A stretch of DNA of 64,000 nucleotides from Promethearchaeota archaeon (GTDB taxonomy: Archaea; Asgardarchaeota; Lokiarchaeia; Sigyniarchaeales; SOKP01), in the NCBI GenBank assembly GCA_048939995.1, contig JBHLOY010000003.1, positions 192,001 through 256,000 of the forward strand, read 5' to 3'. Shown here one piece after another: positions 19,634 through 29,645 of the stretch (its first letter is position 1; each line of letters begins with the position of its first letter). A program made the translations under genes and the position numbers. The notes beneath the pieces are model-generated. The model was not told the DNA's origin. It saw only the letters and a program-made list of their open reading frames with translations, and did not search any database.

Positions 19634-21805
19634 TTAAATTTCAAATATCACTTGCTTTGTAAGAATATCTAACTTTTGGAGTTTTTTATTCATAAAAATC
19701 CTCACTTTTGACGAGCTAATTTTAGGATTATTAAAAAAAAGATCTTGAACAACAGTTTCATACTTTTTTCCCTTATTAGCTAATTTTCGATGAACTGGAT
19801 TTTCATTATTGTAAATTGGTATTGGAAATGAAAAAGGTCTTTTATGGATATGGCGACTGGATTTGATTAATCTTATATTCTTACTGAGTATATTAGAATT
19901 AAGAATTGATGATAGAAAGTATGCTTCATTTGCCAAGTCAGTGGAAAGATAATAGTTTTCAGACCCTATTATTACATCTTTTTCTTGATTATCAAGGACT
20001 GCTGCCTTAATCATCGAACCGCTGGCATTATATACAACAATGAAACGTTTATTATGATATTGCTTTGAAAGTTTATTCCAATAATTAAGGTTTGAAAATA
20101 AAGTCTGAATTTTGCTTGTAGTTTTCTTCTTGTTTTGGTAAATTTCATTTAGCTCATTATATAGCTTAAACGCTTTGGGGTATCTTTTTAGATACAAGAC
20201 ATTAAATTCAAATTTTTCATCAATAGGTAAAAACACATTCCTTAGTTTCTTTATATAAAATGGAATTAAATCTATATTCAGAAAGCTTTGAAAACTAAAT
20301 CCTTTTTCTATTTCTCTATGTTCAAATTTAAAGAACCAATTTTTCTTAACTCGAGTTAAAATGTCTAGATCTGAGGATATTTCAAGAAATTTACTAGTTT
20401 CATGATCAATTTTAAAAAATACAAGACTTCTTGGAACTAAGGTAGCTCCTTGAAAAAATAAATTCTTGTATCCACTTACTGAAAGAGCATTTAGGTCTTT
20501 AATCTGTTTTTCAGGAAGTATTATTTTAGCACCATTTTTTTCTAGTTTAATAGTATCATATAACGCTGTTTCTTGGAGTTCCAAATTATCATTGAAAATT
20601 TTTGTAGGGATAGGATATTTATTTGAAATAGATTCTTCACTAAATCTCCCATTATATCGTGCTTTAAGACATATATGGTCGACATTAAAGAAATAGTTCT
20701 TTGGAAAATCCCAAATCTCTAAACTATCAAAAGTAGTAAACTTTCTGAACTTATAACAATGATCTCCGTTAAGCACACTTTTTGTAATTACAAAGAAGAT
20801 TTTTCCCCTTTTTTTTAAATATTCTCTTGGAATTGCATAAAAAAATATAGATGCTAATTCAATATGAGTAATGTATTGACTTGGAGGTTTTATACTTAAA
20901 GAATCAGCTAGCTCTCTAATTTTACGTTGGTAGGTCTTATTAAAAATATCTTTATATGTAAGCCATGGAGGATTTCCAATAACTAAGTCAAAAGAGTTCT
21001 TCAAATTATAGTTATTTTTTTCTGCTTGCATAGGGAAAAGTGTATCCATATAATTTAATGTAGGTCCCTTTAGTTTAGGTTCATTAGGGTTAAAAAAATC
21101 TAAGATAATTAGCTTGAGATTAACTTTAGCAGTCAATATAGCTATTGGATTAACATCAAATCCGTAAATATTGTTAATTGCATCAATCTTTTCATCATTT
21201 GGTTGCTTAGAATTTAATATTTTTAATAGGATCTCAATTAAAAATTTGCCTGAACCACATGAGGGATCTAAAACCTTTTTCCCTATTTCATAAAAATCTT
21301 CAACCATCATTCTCACTAAATTACTAGAAGTATAGAATTCTCCTAATCGATGTCTAGTTACAGGGATAATAATTTGTTGGTAAAGTTCATGAAATAAATC
21401 TTCATATGAAAAATCGACGTTATTTAAAATTTCATGTACCTTCTCAAATGTTGTATGAAACAATGAATTTAGATTAAAAACTTTAAATTCGTCAAAGTCA
21501 TCTTTCAACACTTCATAATAATGTTTCTGGGCATTTGGAACTTGTACCCCCCTCATTTTTTTTGTTAGAATTAGTCTTAGAATTTGAATATAATAGGAGT
21601 ATTTAATGAATAAATCATAACTAAGTTCAAGACCATTAACTTTCCGAAATAGAGTTTTAAAACCATTGAACTTCCCTTGTAATTTACTTCCTTTTCCAAC
21701 TTTTTTCTTTAAAAGGTTTTCAATTTCTTCTTTATAAATTTGGGAGTTTAATCCAAAAAATTTTACAATATAATCAGAATTTATTACTTTTTTATCCTCA
21801 ACCAT
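19634..21805 (-). CDS. N6-adenine DNA methyltransferase (type IIG/Eco57I-like MTase plus specificity region, no evident nuclease domain)
   Basis: LGEFYT, LDPSCGSGKFL, YGFDVNP, FDLVIGNPPW. Confidence 0.85.
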   Translation of the reverse strand: MVEDKKVINSDYIVKFFGLNSQIYKEEIENLLKKKVGKGSKLQGKFNGFKTLFRKVNGLELSYDLFIKYSYYIQILRLILTKKMRGVQVPNAQKHYYEVLKDDFDEFKVFNLNSLFHTTFEKVHEILNNVDFSYEDLFHELYQQIIIPVTRHRLGEFYTSSNLVRMMVEDFYEIGKKVLDPSCGSGKFLIEILLKILNSKQPNDEKIDAINNIYGFDVNPIAILTAKVNLKLIILDFFNPNEPKLKGPTLNYMDTLFPMQAEKNNYNLKNSFDLVIGNPPWLTYKDIFNKTYQRKIRELADSLSIKPPSQYITHIELASIFFYAIPREYLKKRGKIFFVITKSVLNGDHCYKFRKFTTFDSLEIWDFPKNYFFNVDHICLKARYNGRFSEESISNKYPIPTKIFNDNLELQETALYDTIKLEKNGAKIILPEKQIKDLNALSVSGYKNLFFQGATLVPRSLVFFKIDHETSKFLEISSDLDILTRVKKNWFFKFEHREIEKGFSFQSFLNIDLIPFYIKKLRNVFLPIDEKFEFNVLYLKRYPKAFKLYNELNEIYQNKKKTTSKIQTLFSNLNYWNKLSKQYHNKRFIVVYNASGSMIKAAVLDNQEKDVIIGSENYYLSTDLANEAYFLSSILNSNILSKNIRLIKSSRHIHKRPFSFPIPIYNNENPVHRKLANKGKKYETVVQDLFFNNPKISSSKVRIFMNKKLQKLDILTKQVIFEI

Positions 21806-21933
21806 CCTTTATCAAATATCCAATCCCAATCGAAATTATCCTCAGAGCTAATCTCTACTTTTGATGTGAAATTTAATTCTATATCTTTAATCTGCTTAGT
21901 ATTTTCTTTTTCTTTATCTCTATTCTGATTCAT
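21784..21933 (-). CDS. Putative 49-aa small protein
   Basis: Hand translation MNQNRDKEKENTKQIKDIELNFTSKVEISSEDNFDWDWIFDKGWLRIKK; fills the gap between co-oriented genes. Confidence 0.4.
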   Translation of the reverse strand: MNQNRDKEKENTKQIKDIELNFTSKVEISSEDNFDWDWIFDKGWLRIKK

Positions 21934-21952
21934 CTTCGTTTTAACTTTTAAT

Positions 21953-22492
21953 TTAATTCCTCATAAAAGTTGGAAGCATCATACTAAAAATCTGAGCGAT
22001 ACTCCGTAATTTTGTAGTCTCCTTGATGATAGTTACAATTAATATTGATTTTTCTAATTCATCTTTATCCAAAGACCCTCCAGAGTATATAGCTTTTTCT
22101 GAATTAAATAATAATAAATATCTAACATTGGGGTTATTTATTATATTTATTCCCTCTGTTTGTTTTAAAGCATCATAAATTTCTTGGTAACCTTTTGGAA
22201 TCCCCCCCCTATCATTAGTAATTATTAAAACTGGAACTCCTCTTTTAGCTAGTCTTTTTAACTCAGTAGCATAAAACATGTCTACTTTTGGTGAAACTAT
22301 ATTTAATTGTGTTCCCGTGGAATTAATAAATTCAATTAATTCATCATTTAATCTATATTTTTTATTAGAACCGCCTGAAGATACTAAATTCATCATTCCT
22401 ACGAGAGATAATACCTTGCTTTCTAATTCTTGTACTTGTTTCTTAAGCTTCTGATTTTCAATCCGAAGCTCAGTAAGTCTATTTTCTGACAA
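21953..22492 (-). CDS. Coiled-coil plus PLD-like fold protein lacking the HKD motif
   Basis: N-terminal heptads; LNIVSP..ELKRLAKRGVPVLIITN..VRYLLLFNSEKAIYSGGSL aligns with PLD-like HxKxxxxD..GSxN but is degenerate. Confidence 0.55.
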   Translation of the reverse strand: MSENRLTELRIENQKLKKQVQELESKVLSLVGMMNLVSSGGSNKKYRLNDELIEFINSTGTQLNIVSPKVDMFYATELKRLAKRGVPVLIITNDRGGIPKGYQEIYDALKQTEGINIINNPNVRYLLLFNSEKAIYSGGSLDKDELEKSILIVTIIKETTKLRSIAQIFSMMLPTFMRN

Positions 22493-22574
22493 AGTTAATT
22501 ATTAAAATATTTAATTTTTATATACTATTTAAAATACTAAATTTTTATAAATCTTTCTTAAAAGAAATTTGGCT

Positions 22575-25157
22575 TCAAATTAACTTTTTCCAAGGTTTTC
22601 CGAAAAGCACATAACTTGAAATAGCTAGAGAGCTTTGTAAGTCAATACTTACACTTCCTTGTGAATCGCTTATATCCTTAAACTTGCTTTCAACAAGCTT
22701 AGTTACTTTATTAGCCATACATGCTTGTCGAGCTTTTAAAAGAGCTATCCCTTGGTTCTCTTTATTAAATAAGTTTATATAAAAATTAGCGTTAATTTCT
22801 TTTGTCTCATCATCAAAAATAGGATAATTGCGTGTGACAATACCGGTAATCTTCTCATAATCAAACTGTTTTCCGACTTCTCCTAAAATATGTGGAGCAT
22901 TCCTAATTTTGTTCCCATTAATATCAAAAACTTGGGTATTGAAAAATAAAAACGGTTGAATATTTGTGTTATTTCTTCTTATCGAATCTTGGATTTCTTT
23001 TATTGTAAGTATTTGACTATCATTAGTAATAAAGAAACTATCATTTGGATTCCAAGGAGAATAAAAGAGATTTCCTACAAAATGAATAATATGATTTGGA
23101 ACATCCATAATATGTGATAAGATAGCTTTTTTTGTTGAGTTTATTCCCGTAAGTATGGTTATACTTTCGATTTCCTTTACCTCATTAAAGAACTCCGTAA
23201 TAAAGTTTAATTCATTAGCGCCAGAGACAAATGGAAAAATTAACTCTTTATTTTTCGTAGTTTCATTCCATTTAAAAGGTCCTTGAGTATTTATAGAGTC
23301 AATCAATAATATATGATATTTAATGGGTGGAGTGTTAATTTCATTCCCTCCTTTTATATCCTGTTCAAAAGTGACACCACCTAAAGGTGGTTCTCCAATT
23401 ACATACCCTATTGAATATTTCAATAGAAAGAAATTATTATCATAAACTAACTCGAAAGGAATAGTCATTTGATCCAATATAAAATAGATTTCTGGTATAA
23501 ATGTTAGAGTCTCGATCTCAAACTGCTTTAATAGTTTTCTTATTGGTTTGGGAAGAAAAATGAATAATAATTTTCCAAATTCCATAAGATTAAAGTCATA
23601 TTTCTTGACTTCATGATTAGAAAAGATATCATTATAAATTTCATTAATTTGAGTATCATTCCAATATTCATTTAAAACTTTTCCATTAATTACTTTTCCA
23701 TCTTTTGACATCATTCTGTAAGAGATTAGCCCTTCTTTATTAATTCTAAGAATTATTTGTTTAATTATGAATTGATCTAATTCGAAATGGAATGATTCCC
23801 CCTCAAATGAATAAATATTTTGTTGCAATAATTCCGTCTCATGATATAATACAGCAGGATCTAAGATCATAGATTTGAGGTTTTTATCTAAAAACGGAAT
23901 AATTTTACGAGCAAGATTATAATCTTCTTCTTCAAATAATGCGCGATAGAACATTGTGCGCCAGAAATCTCTAGGTTCCAACGAAAAAAACATAGAGTTA
24001 AATTGCCAGAGATAATTACATGTATAAAAATAATGAAAAATTTGTGAATTACTCTCGGGTATCTTTAAATGATTATTCAATTTTTCAAGAGATTGTAGGA
24101 GAAAACTTTTTTCTTTCATATCAACAAAATTTTTACAAGCCTCAACCCATAATTCAATTAAATTATTGTCGTATCCTAAATCTGTTTCAGCAATAAATAT
24201 ATCTTCAAGAAAGTCATAAATTTCGAAAGCTATTTCAAACCTATTCCGCGTAATAGCGAAATTTATGTAACTTCTGATATAGGTTATAGCATCAACGAAA
24301 GATTGAAACTTTTTGATCTTTTCAAAAAGAATCTTTACAATTACTAAGATCCAAGAGAACTCTCCAATATTATTCAAGTAATAGATTAACTCTTCAAGAT
24401 CTACCAAAATCTCTTTAAAATTTCTTTCATTTATTGATACTCTACTTAACTTACCGAACTCATCCTTTAAATATCCTGGAAGGCGATTAACTAAAATTTT
24501 AGTCATAATTTGTACAAAATCAGATGAGTCTTCCACCAAATTATACTTAGAATTTATATTTTCTAAAAAAATATACAAAAACAAGGCCCTTTTATTAGGT
24601 TCTAATTTAAATAGAGTTTTTCCTAATATTTCAGTACTAAAATGAAAAAATTCTTGAGGTATAACAGATTTTCTCAAATACATTAATAGAATCTGCAATT
24701 CAATTAATTTCTGATACTCCTGCTTCTCAATAACCTTTACACAAAAAGAATTTATATATTTGGTAATCCCTTGTTGGGATAAATCATCCATTTTAATGAA
24801 TGATTGAAGTAGTGCAGTTCCAAAATTATTAAAAATATAAAAATCATCTATTTTTGATAAAAATGAAAAGAATCGTTTATAGGCATCAACATATTTAATC
24901 ATATCGATATCTACTTTTCCTTCTTTTCTTTGAATCAAAGAATTAATGTACATCCACCAAGAATTTGATATAATCATCATTAATTGATGCTTTTTCTGAA
25001 TGTCTAGCCATTCAGTTTTTTCAACCTCAAAATAAAGATCAGTTAGCAGTCTATCTGCCCATCTATGGTTCCCAGATTGTAGCAAACGCCTACCTTGTAT
25101 TACTTTTTGTTGGAAATCCTCTAAAAAAGTGCTTTTTTTATTTAAGATAGTTGTCAT
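22575..25157 (-). CDS. Helical-repeat protein with C-terminal CHAT (caspase/separase-clan) domain, catalytic residues degenerate
   Basis: GKLLF..LP, IPFELVYD..FLLKYSIG, HIIHFVGN (cf. HFxGHG), FLFFNTQ (cf. FLNAC), GIALLKARQ, SYVLFGKP. Confidence 0.7.
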   Translation of the reverse strand: MTTILNKKSTFLEDFQQKVIQGRRLLQSGNHRWADRLLTDLYFEVEKTEWLDIQKKHQLMMIISNSWWMYINSLIQRKEGKVDIDMIKYVDAYKRFFSFLSKIDDFYIFNNFGTALLQSFIKMDDLSQQGITKYINSFCVKVIEKQEYQKLIELQILLMYLRKSVIPQEFFHFSTEILGKTLFKLEPNKRALFLYIFLENINSKYNLVEDSSDFVQIMTKILVNRLPGYLKDEFGKLSRVSINERNFKEILVDLEELIYYLNNIGEFSWILVIVKILFEKIKKFQSFVDAITYIRSYINFAITRNRFEIAFEIYDFLEDIFIAETDLGYDNNLIELWVEACKNFVDMKEKSFLLQSLEKLNNHLKIPESNSQIFHYFYTCNYLWQFNSMFFSLEPRDFWRTMFYRALFEEEDYNLARKIIPFLDKNLKSMILDPAVLYHETELLQQNIYSFEGESFHFELDQFIIKQIILRINKEGLISYRMMSKDGKVINGKVLNEYWNDTQINEIYNDIFSNHEVKKYDFNLMEFGKLLFIFLPKPIRKLLKQFEIETLTFIPEIYFILDQMTIPFELVYDNNFFLLKYSIGYVIGEPPLGGVTFEQDIKGGNEINTPPIKYHILLIDSINTQGPFKWNETTKNKELIFPFVSGANELNFITEFFNEVKEIESITILTGINSTKKAILSHIMDVPNHIIHFVGNLFYSPWNPNDSFFITNDSQILTIKEIQDSIRRNNTNIQPFLFFNTQVFDINGNKIRNAPHILGEVGKQFDYEKITGIVTRNYPIFDDETKEINANFYINLFNKENQGIALLKARQACMANKVTKLVESKFKDISDSQGSVSIDLQSSLAISSYVLFGKPWKKLI

Positions 25158-25184
25158 AAACTTAAACTCTTTTTTATTTTGGTG

Positions 25185-26327
25185 CTATAAATTTGGGTTC
25201 TCAATCCAACCTTTATCTAACTTTTCTTTAGTATATAATATTGATGCACCTATCCATCCCATATTTTCTCTGCCAGAAGCCGCTATAACTTTAATTTTGT
25301 CTTTTATTTTCTCAGAGAAGTATTTTTGTAATTCAAATTGAATTCTCTTATCTAATCCAGTGATCAAACTTCCACCTCCTGATAAAATAATATTCCCCAA
25401 TAAATCTTCCCAATTTTCTCTTTCCCAGGTCTTAATTACTTTTGAAATGGATTCTGGAAGACCTATATAATCTACATGAGCAAGTTTTGGATTGAATAGG
25501 GGTTCAGATAATAGAAACCGTTCTAAATTTATTTTTAAATCAGATCCATCAGGAAGATCTATTACTCTATCATATTTCGTTACTCCCCCTTTCACTTTTT
25601 TTAGCTCTTCTTGAGGATTTAGCACACATAATGACAATTTTTCTTTAATTTCTTTTGCAATTGATTTATCAATATAGACATTTTTTGATGTGCCAATACG
25701 GGTTAAAATTAAATTCAAAAAGTAACTTGTCAAATCTTTACCGGCAATAGGAAAAACATCTCGGGCCATTATATTGGTGAAACCATGAAATATTGTAGAT
25801 ATATAAGTGTTAGATTCTCCCATACTCACAATAACCCCACTAGCTTTTTGAAGTGTGGAAAGAATAGCTTGACTTTCATGCAAAAAAAGGAGGTATGGAA
25901 ATTTTAATGAATTAAAAAATAAGTGTTGTAATTTCGATTTCTCTAAATCTGACATGAAAAAAGGAGATATGATAATTAAAGGGTGCTTAAATTGATCTTC
26001 TTTATTGATTTTTAGCTGTTTATAATAATGTAAAAAGAACTTAAGCAAAATGTTAAAATTGTGTTCTTTTTTAAATTCATGAATTTTTAGAATATTTTGA
26101 TATTTCAGTGCCTGGTGTCCTACCAAATGAGGTGTCTGATCATTCTGAAAAAATAATTCTTCTAGGCCCTCAATGACATCAGAAGAGAATAAATAATCAG
26201 AAACGTCAACATATACACTTGGAGCAATAATATCTGGAAAATCTTCACCTGCCCATCCTATTCTTGAATTTGCGGTCCCAATATCAAGGATTAAAGGATT
26301 AGTCTGATCTCTTAATTTCGATGCCAT
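25185..26327 (-). CDS. Divergent actin / actin-related protein (Asgard)
   Basis: LILDIGTANSRIGWAGEDFP, AGKDLTSY, EIKEKL, LPDG..ERFLLSEPLFNP, NIILSGGGS, WIGASIL. Confidence 0.92.
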   Translation of the reverse strand: MASKLRDQTNPLILDIGTANSRIGWAGEDFPDIIAPSVYVDVSDYLFSSDVIEGLEELFFQNDQTPHLVGHQALKYQNILKIHEFKKEHNFNILLKFFLHYYKQLKINKEDQFKHPLIIISPFFMSDLEKSKLQHLFFNSLKFPYLLFLHESQAILSTLQKASGVIVSMGESNTYISTIFHGFTNIMARDVFPIAGKDLTSYFLNLILTRIGTSKNVYIDKSIAKEIKEKLSLCVLNPQEELKKVKGGVTKYDRVIDLPDGSDLKINLERFLLSEPLFNPKLAHVDYIGLPESISKVIKTWERENWEDLLGNIILSGGGSLITGLDKRIQFELQKYFSEKIKDKIKVIAASGRENMGWIGASILYTKEKLDKGWIENPNL

Positions 26328-26357
26328 AAAAAATCTTCTTCTACATTAATTCCAAAT

Positions 26358-27107
26358 TTAGAGAATTCTTTGTTGATGAACGTACTCGTCAGCAAGTCTC
26401 TTAAGTTGATATTCTTTAATCTGCAACTCTAATAAACCTAATACTTTTTTAAACTCACTCGACATAGATTCTATGTCAACATCTGCAAGCTTCTCAACTT
26501 CATCCCGCTTAATTTTAAATTGTTCTAAGTTAAATTGAATTTTTTCATGTAATTTATTGATTGAACTAACTAAATCCTCTGTATTCTTCTTAGTGATTTT
26601 TCTCATTTTCCTAAGAATTGCTAAAATAGCTGACACAGAATTCTCCCACATTTCATAGCGTTCATTATATCCTTGAAAAAAGTCCTCAAAGAATTGAGCT
26701 AACTTGAAATAGATACTATCTTTCTTAGAAATTGAAGACTTCTTAGTAAGCTCTTTTACTGATGAAATTACTTCTTTTTCTTCTTTTACACTCTCTACAG
26801 GTTTCTCCACACTTTTCTCTTTTTCAGTTACCGTAGTTCGGTCCTTAGTTTGACCACGTTCTGATAGTGGCACCTCTTCCATCATATAATCTTCAGCAAT
26901 TTTCTTTTTAGCTTCATATGAAAGTTGAGGTTCAATTTTCTTCTCTTCTTCTTTTGGTGCTATATAACCAGTATCTTCTGAAAATGCTTTAAGTAAATCT
27001 TGTAAAGCGGTTTCAGTTTTCTTTGAACTCTTTAATGCTGTATCAAGAGTGTAACTAGAAACTGTATCTTCTTCCTTTACCTTTTCTTTTTTCTTTTTCT
27101 TTCCCAT
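26358..27107 (-). CDS. Hypothetical protein, disordered Lys/Glu-rich N-terminus and C-terminal coiled coil
   Basis: Composition and heptad pattern; directly upstream of the actin gene. Confidence 0.7.
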   Translation of the reverse strand: MGKKKKKEKVKEEDTVSSYTLDTALKSSKKTETALQDLLKAFSEDTGYIAPKEEEKKIEPQLSYEAKKKIAEDYMMEEVPLSERGQTKDRTTVTEKEKSVEKPVESVKEEKEVISSVKELTKKSSISKKDSIYFKLAQFFEDFFQGYNERYEMWENSVSAILAILRKMRKITKKNTEDLVSSINKLHEKIQFNLEQFKIKRDEVEKLADVDIESMSSEFKKVLGLLELQIKEYQLKRLADEYVHQQRIL

Positions 27108-27138
27108 TTGAAGTGATCAACATTTTCTGTTTATTATA

Positions 27139-27540
27139 TTATTCTAATGGAAGAACTTCTACTTTTATAGCCTCTCCTTTTTCTCTTAGAACTTTTCTAA
27201 GCTCGTCAAGATTATCTGGGCTTTCAGAAATCACTGTCCATTCAGCAGTCTTATCTTTTTCGATAATTACTGCTTCACTATACATCATACTAAGACCTTG
27301 TTCCCCAAACGTACCAGCAAGTTTTGCAAGCGCTCCTGGAACATCTTTCATAGTTATTCTTAGCTTTATTGGCCTTTTTTCATCTGATAAACCTATAGGC
27401 GTAATCTTAATTTCTTTATTTTCTGAATCAGCTACTAACATTAGCTGAGAATTCGTTGTAAGGCCCAAACTCTTTCGAATTAACTGAGGAATTACAATTC
27501 TGCCTCTATTATCAATTGTGATCACTCTGACTTCTTTCAT
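27139..27540 (-). CDS. AbrB/MazE DNA-binding domain plus ACT domain regulator
   Basis: IDNRGRIVIPQLIRKSLGL (AbrB); ITMKDVPGALAKLAGTFGEQGLSM (ACT). Confidence 0.85.
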   Translation of the reverse strand: MKEVRVITIDNRGRIVIPQLIRKSLGLTTNSQLMLVADSENKEIKITPIGLSDEKRPIKLRITMKDVPGALAKLAGTFGEQGLSMMYSEAVIIEKDKTAEWTVISESPDNLDELRKVLREKGEAIKVEVLPLE

Positions 27541-27718
27541 AGTATCAAGTTTTTGTAATTTTAGTTATAATTATTATTAAATTTCGAATATAAAAATTTT
27601 ATATTTAGACGTATGTTAAAAAAGAGATTTAAGAAAAAAATTTATCTTTAATTAAGTTTAAATAACATTTCTATTTAATTTTACACTTTAAAGTTTCTAT
27701 AAGCTTTTTCTATTAGCT

Positions 27719-28108
27719 TTATTCTTGAATTGCTTTTAAATGAGCTTTTGCATTGAGTGGTAATAAAGGTGCACATGCCATGAGTTTACTAACATCTCCT
27801 TCAACAACGTATGATCCAGACATAGTTGCCTGAATTGGGTCAGATTCTCCCGAATTAACTTTCTTAATCGTTTCAAAGTTTGTCTTATGAATAATTATTG
27901 GAACTTTAGTCCCCGAATATTGACCCATTCCCCAATCCATCTTACTTTTATTAATGAATTGCCAGTAACTCATCTCTGGTTTATCAGTAATTTTATATTG
28001 AAATACCAATGGTGCAACTGGTTCTAATAGTTGTGCTAAACCTTGTAACTCATTATAGGCTTTCATGAAACGTGAAAGATATTGTTTCCATTCTTCTTTT
28101 GTCTCCAA
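27719..28108 (-). CDS. SCP2 sterol/lipid-binding domain protein
   Basis: VFQYKI..TNFETIKKVNSGESDPIQATMSGSYVVEGDVSKLM; likely TTG start at 28108 after GGAGGTGA (track ORF extends to 28261). Confidence 0.8.
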   Translation of the reverse strand: METKEEWKQYLSRFMKAYNELQGLAQLLEPVAPLVFQYKITDKPEMSYWQFINKSKMDWGMGQYSGTKVPIIIHKTNFETIKKVNSGESDPIQATMSGSYVVEGDVSKLMACAPLLPLNAKAHLKAIQE

Positions 28109-28443
28109 ATTTATTTTCACCTCCTTTATTTTTTGATTCTTAATTTTTGGTTTGTTAAAATTGATATGATTAATTATAATGCCTTTTTCACTGACTTTTT
28201 GAGTCATTAGTTCTATATCATATGTTGGAGATCTTATATCCTCTACTTCTTCATTACTCATGCAATTTAAAGGATCTATTGCTTTCTCTATTAAGAAATA
28301 TAATATATCCTATCCGAAGGGTTGAGGAACCAATTGAAGTGTAATTGAAATGATCAAATTTGTTATTATTGTAATCTCTAGTAGTTATAAACTTCATATT
28401 TATTGATTTCCCTTGATTATTTTAATTTTTAAATAGAGATAAT

Positions 28444-29616
28444 CTACATATAAGAATCAAGGCCCGCTTTACAACCCATTCCTAAGAAATCTACCATCGC
28501 GCCGTTATAGTCATTTTCGATTTTATAGTAAAGACCTTTATTTGTAAATGTAACTCCCCAAATGAACTTACTTGATTTGCTTTGAAGTGGAGTTTTCTCA
28601 ACAAAATCTTTCATTAAGGGATGTAAATGCACTGGAACCTCCTTTGGGTCATCACACGCCATCCCAAAGCACAAACGTTCTAACTCTTCTGAAGTCCAAT
28701 TAAAAGTAAAATTTAGATGGACTGCTTTACGACAACTTTCCATTATTTCGCTAGAGGCGGGCTTGAGTCCTAAGTCCTCAACAAGTGCAATAGTGCTTTC
28801 GTATAGGGATCTAGCAGGCTGCTTAAGCATAAAGTAAATATTGGTGGTATTATGCAAGAAATCAAATGCAAAAAGACTAAATGCTGTTAAACCATGTTTA
28901 TCAAAGTATTCTCTATAATTTTTCATACTTTCTGGGATTGACTTCATCGTATAAATTGGATCTATGGAACCTGGTACTATGAATGGCCAAATCTTTGATA
29001 AACCACTTGTTGCATCTATATCCACCCCATAACCCATTATATCAAATGTGTTTATAACCTCTACTATCATATCATGGATAGGATGTCCATTCTTCTCGAT
29101 TAATTTTTTATTTACAGCTGTAGTATAAGGATCTGGATTATGAGGGATAAAGAATTCAACATATCGTACGGCTACATCTCTTTTTTCGGCTGGTTTTGTT
29201 GTTGTTCTCATCGATATTGGTGCCCCTCTAAAGAATTTTTCATAAGCATTTAATGTCCTCCAAATAGCTTCTTCATTAAATGCTACTCTAGTAAAATTAC
29301 AAATAATTGAAATATCCTTTACCATCTGAGTGAGATCTGTATTGCATTTAAAATTAGATTGTACCTTTGGTAGGTATTTATCATAATTTATTCCAAGCTT
29401 TTGTAGATCTCCTATCATAGTTGGTTGAAAAGCTGGAGGGGTTACTTCAAACAAAGCTACTACTAAATCAATCTCAGCTACTTCACTTCCATTGCGTTCT
29501 ATACATTTTTTTTCCGCAGCTTCAAAAAGTGCTGGTCTTACAGCTGGTCTCACCATTTCTGGGATTCCTAAAATTACCTTCTCAAAAAGGCTTTTTACTT
29601 CTGGTTGCCATTTCAT
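28444..29616 (-). CDS. ABBA-family aromatic prenyltransferase (NphB/CloQ-like) with N-terminal DUF2621-like module
   Basis: YGVDIDATSGLSKIWPF, FAFDFLHNTTNIYF, FTFNWTSEELERLCFG, YYKIENDY follow the PT-barrel strand motifs of NphB/CloQ. Confidence 0.8.
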   Translation of the reverse strand: MKWQPEVKSLFEKVILGIPEMVRPAVRPALFEAAEKKCIERNGSEVAEIDLVVALFEVTPPAFQPTMIGDLQKLGINYDKYLPKVQSNFKCNTDLTQMVKDISIICNFTRVAFNEEAIWRTLNAYEKFFRGAPISMRTTTKPAEKRDVAVRYVEFFIPHNPDPYTTAVNKKLIEKNGHPIHDMIVEVINTFDIMGYGVDIDATSGLSKIWPFIVPGSIDPIYTMKSIPESMKNYREYFDKHGLTAFSLFAFDFLHNTTNIYFMLKQPARSLYESTIALVEDLGLKPASSEIMESCRKAVHLNFTFNWTSEELERLCFGMACDDPKEVPVHLHPLMKDFVEKTPLQSKSSKFIWGVTFTNKGLYYKIENDYNGAMVDFLGMGCKAGLDSYM

Positions 29617-29645
29617 TTTATTTTAACCTCTTCTATTTTAATTAA

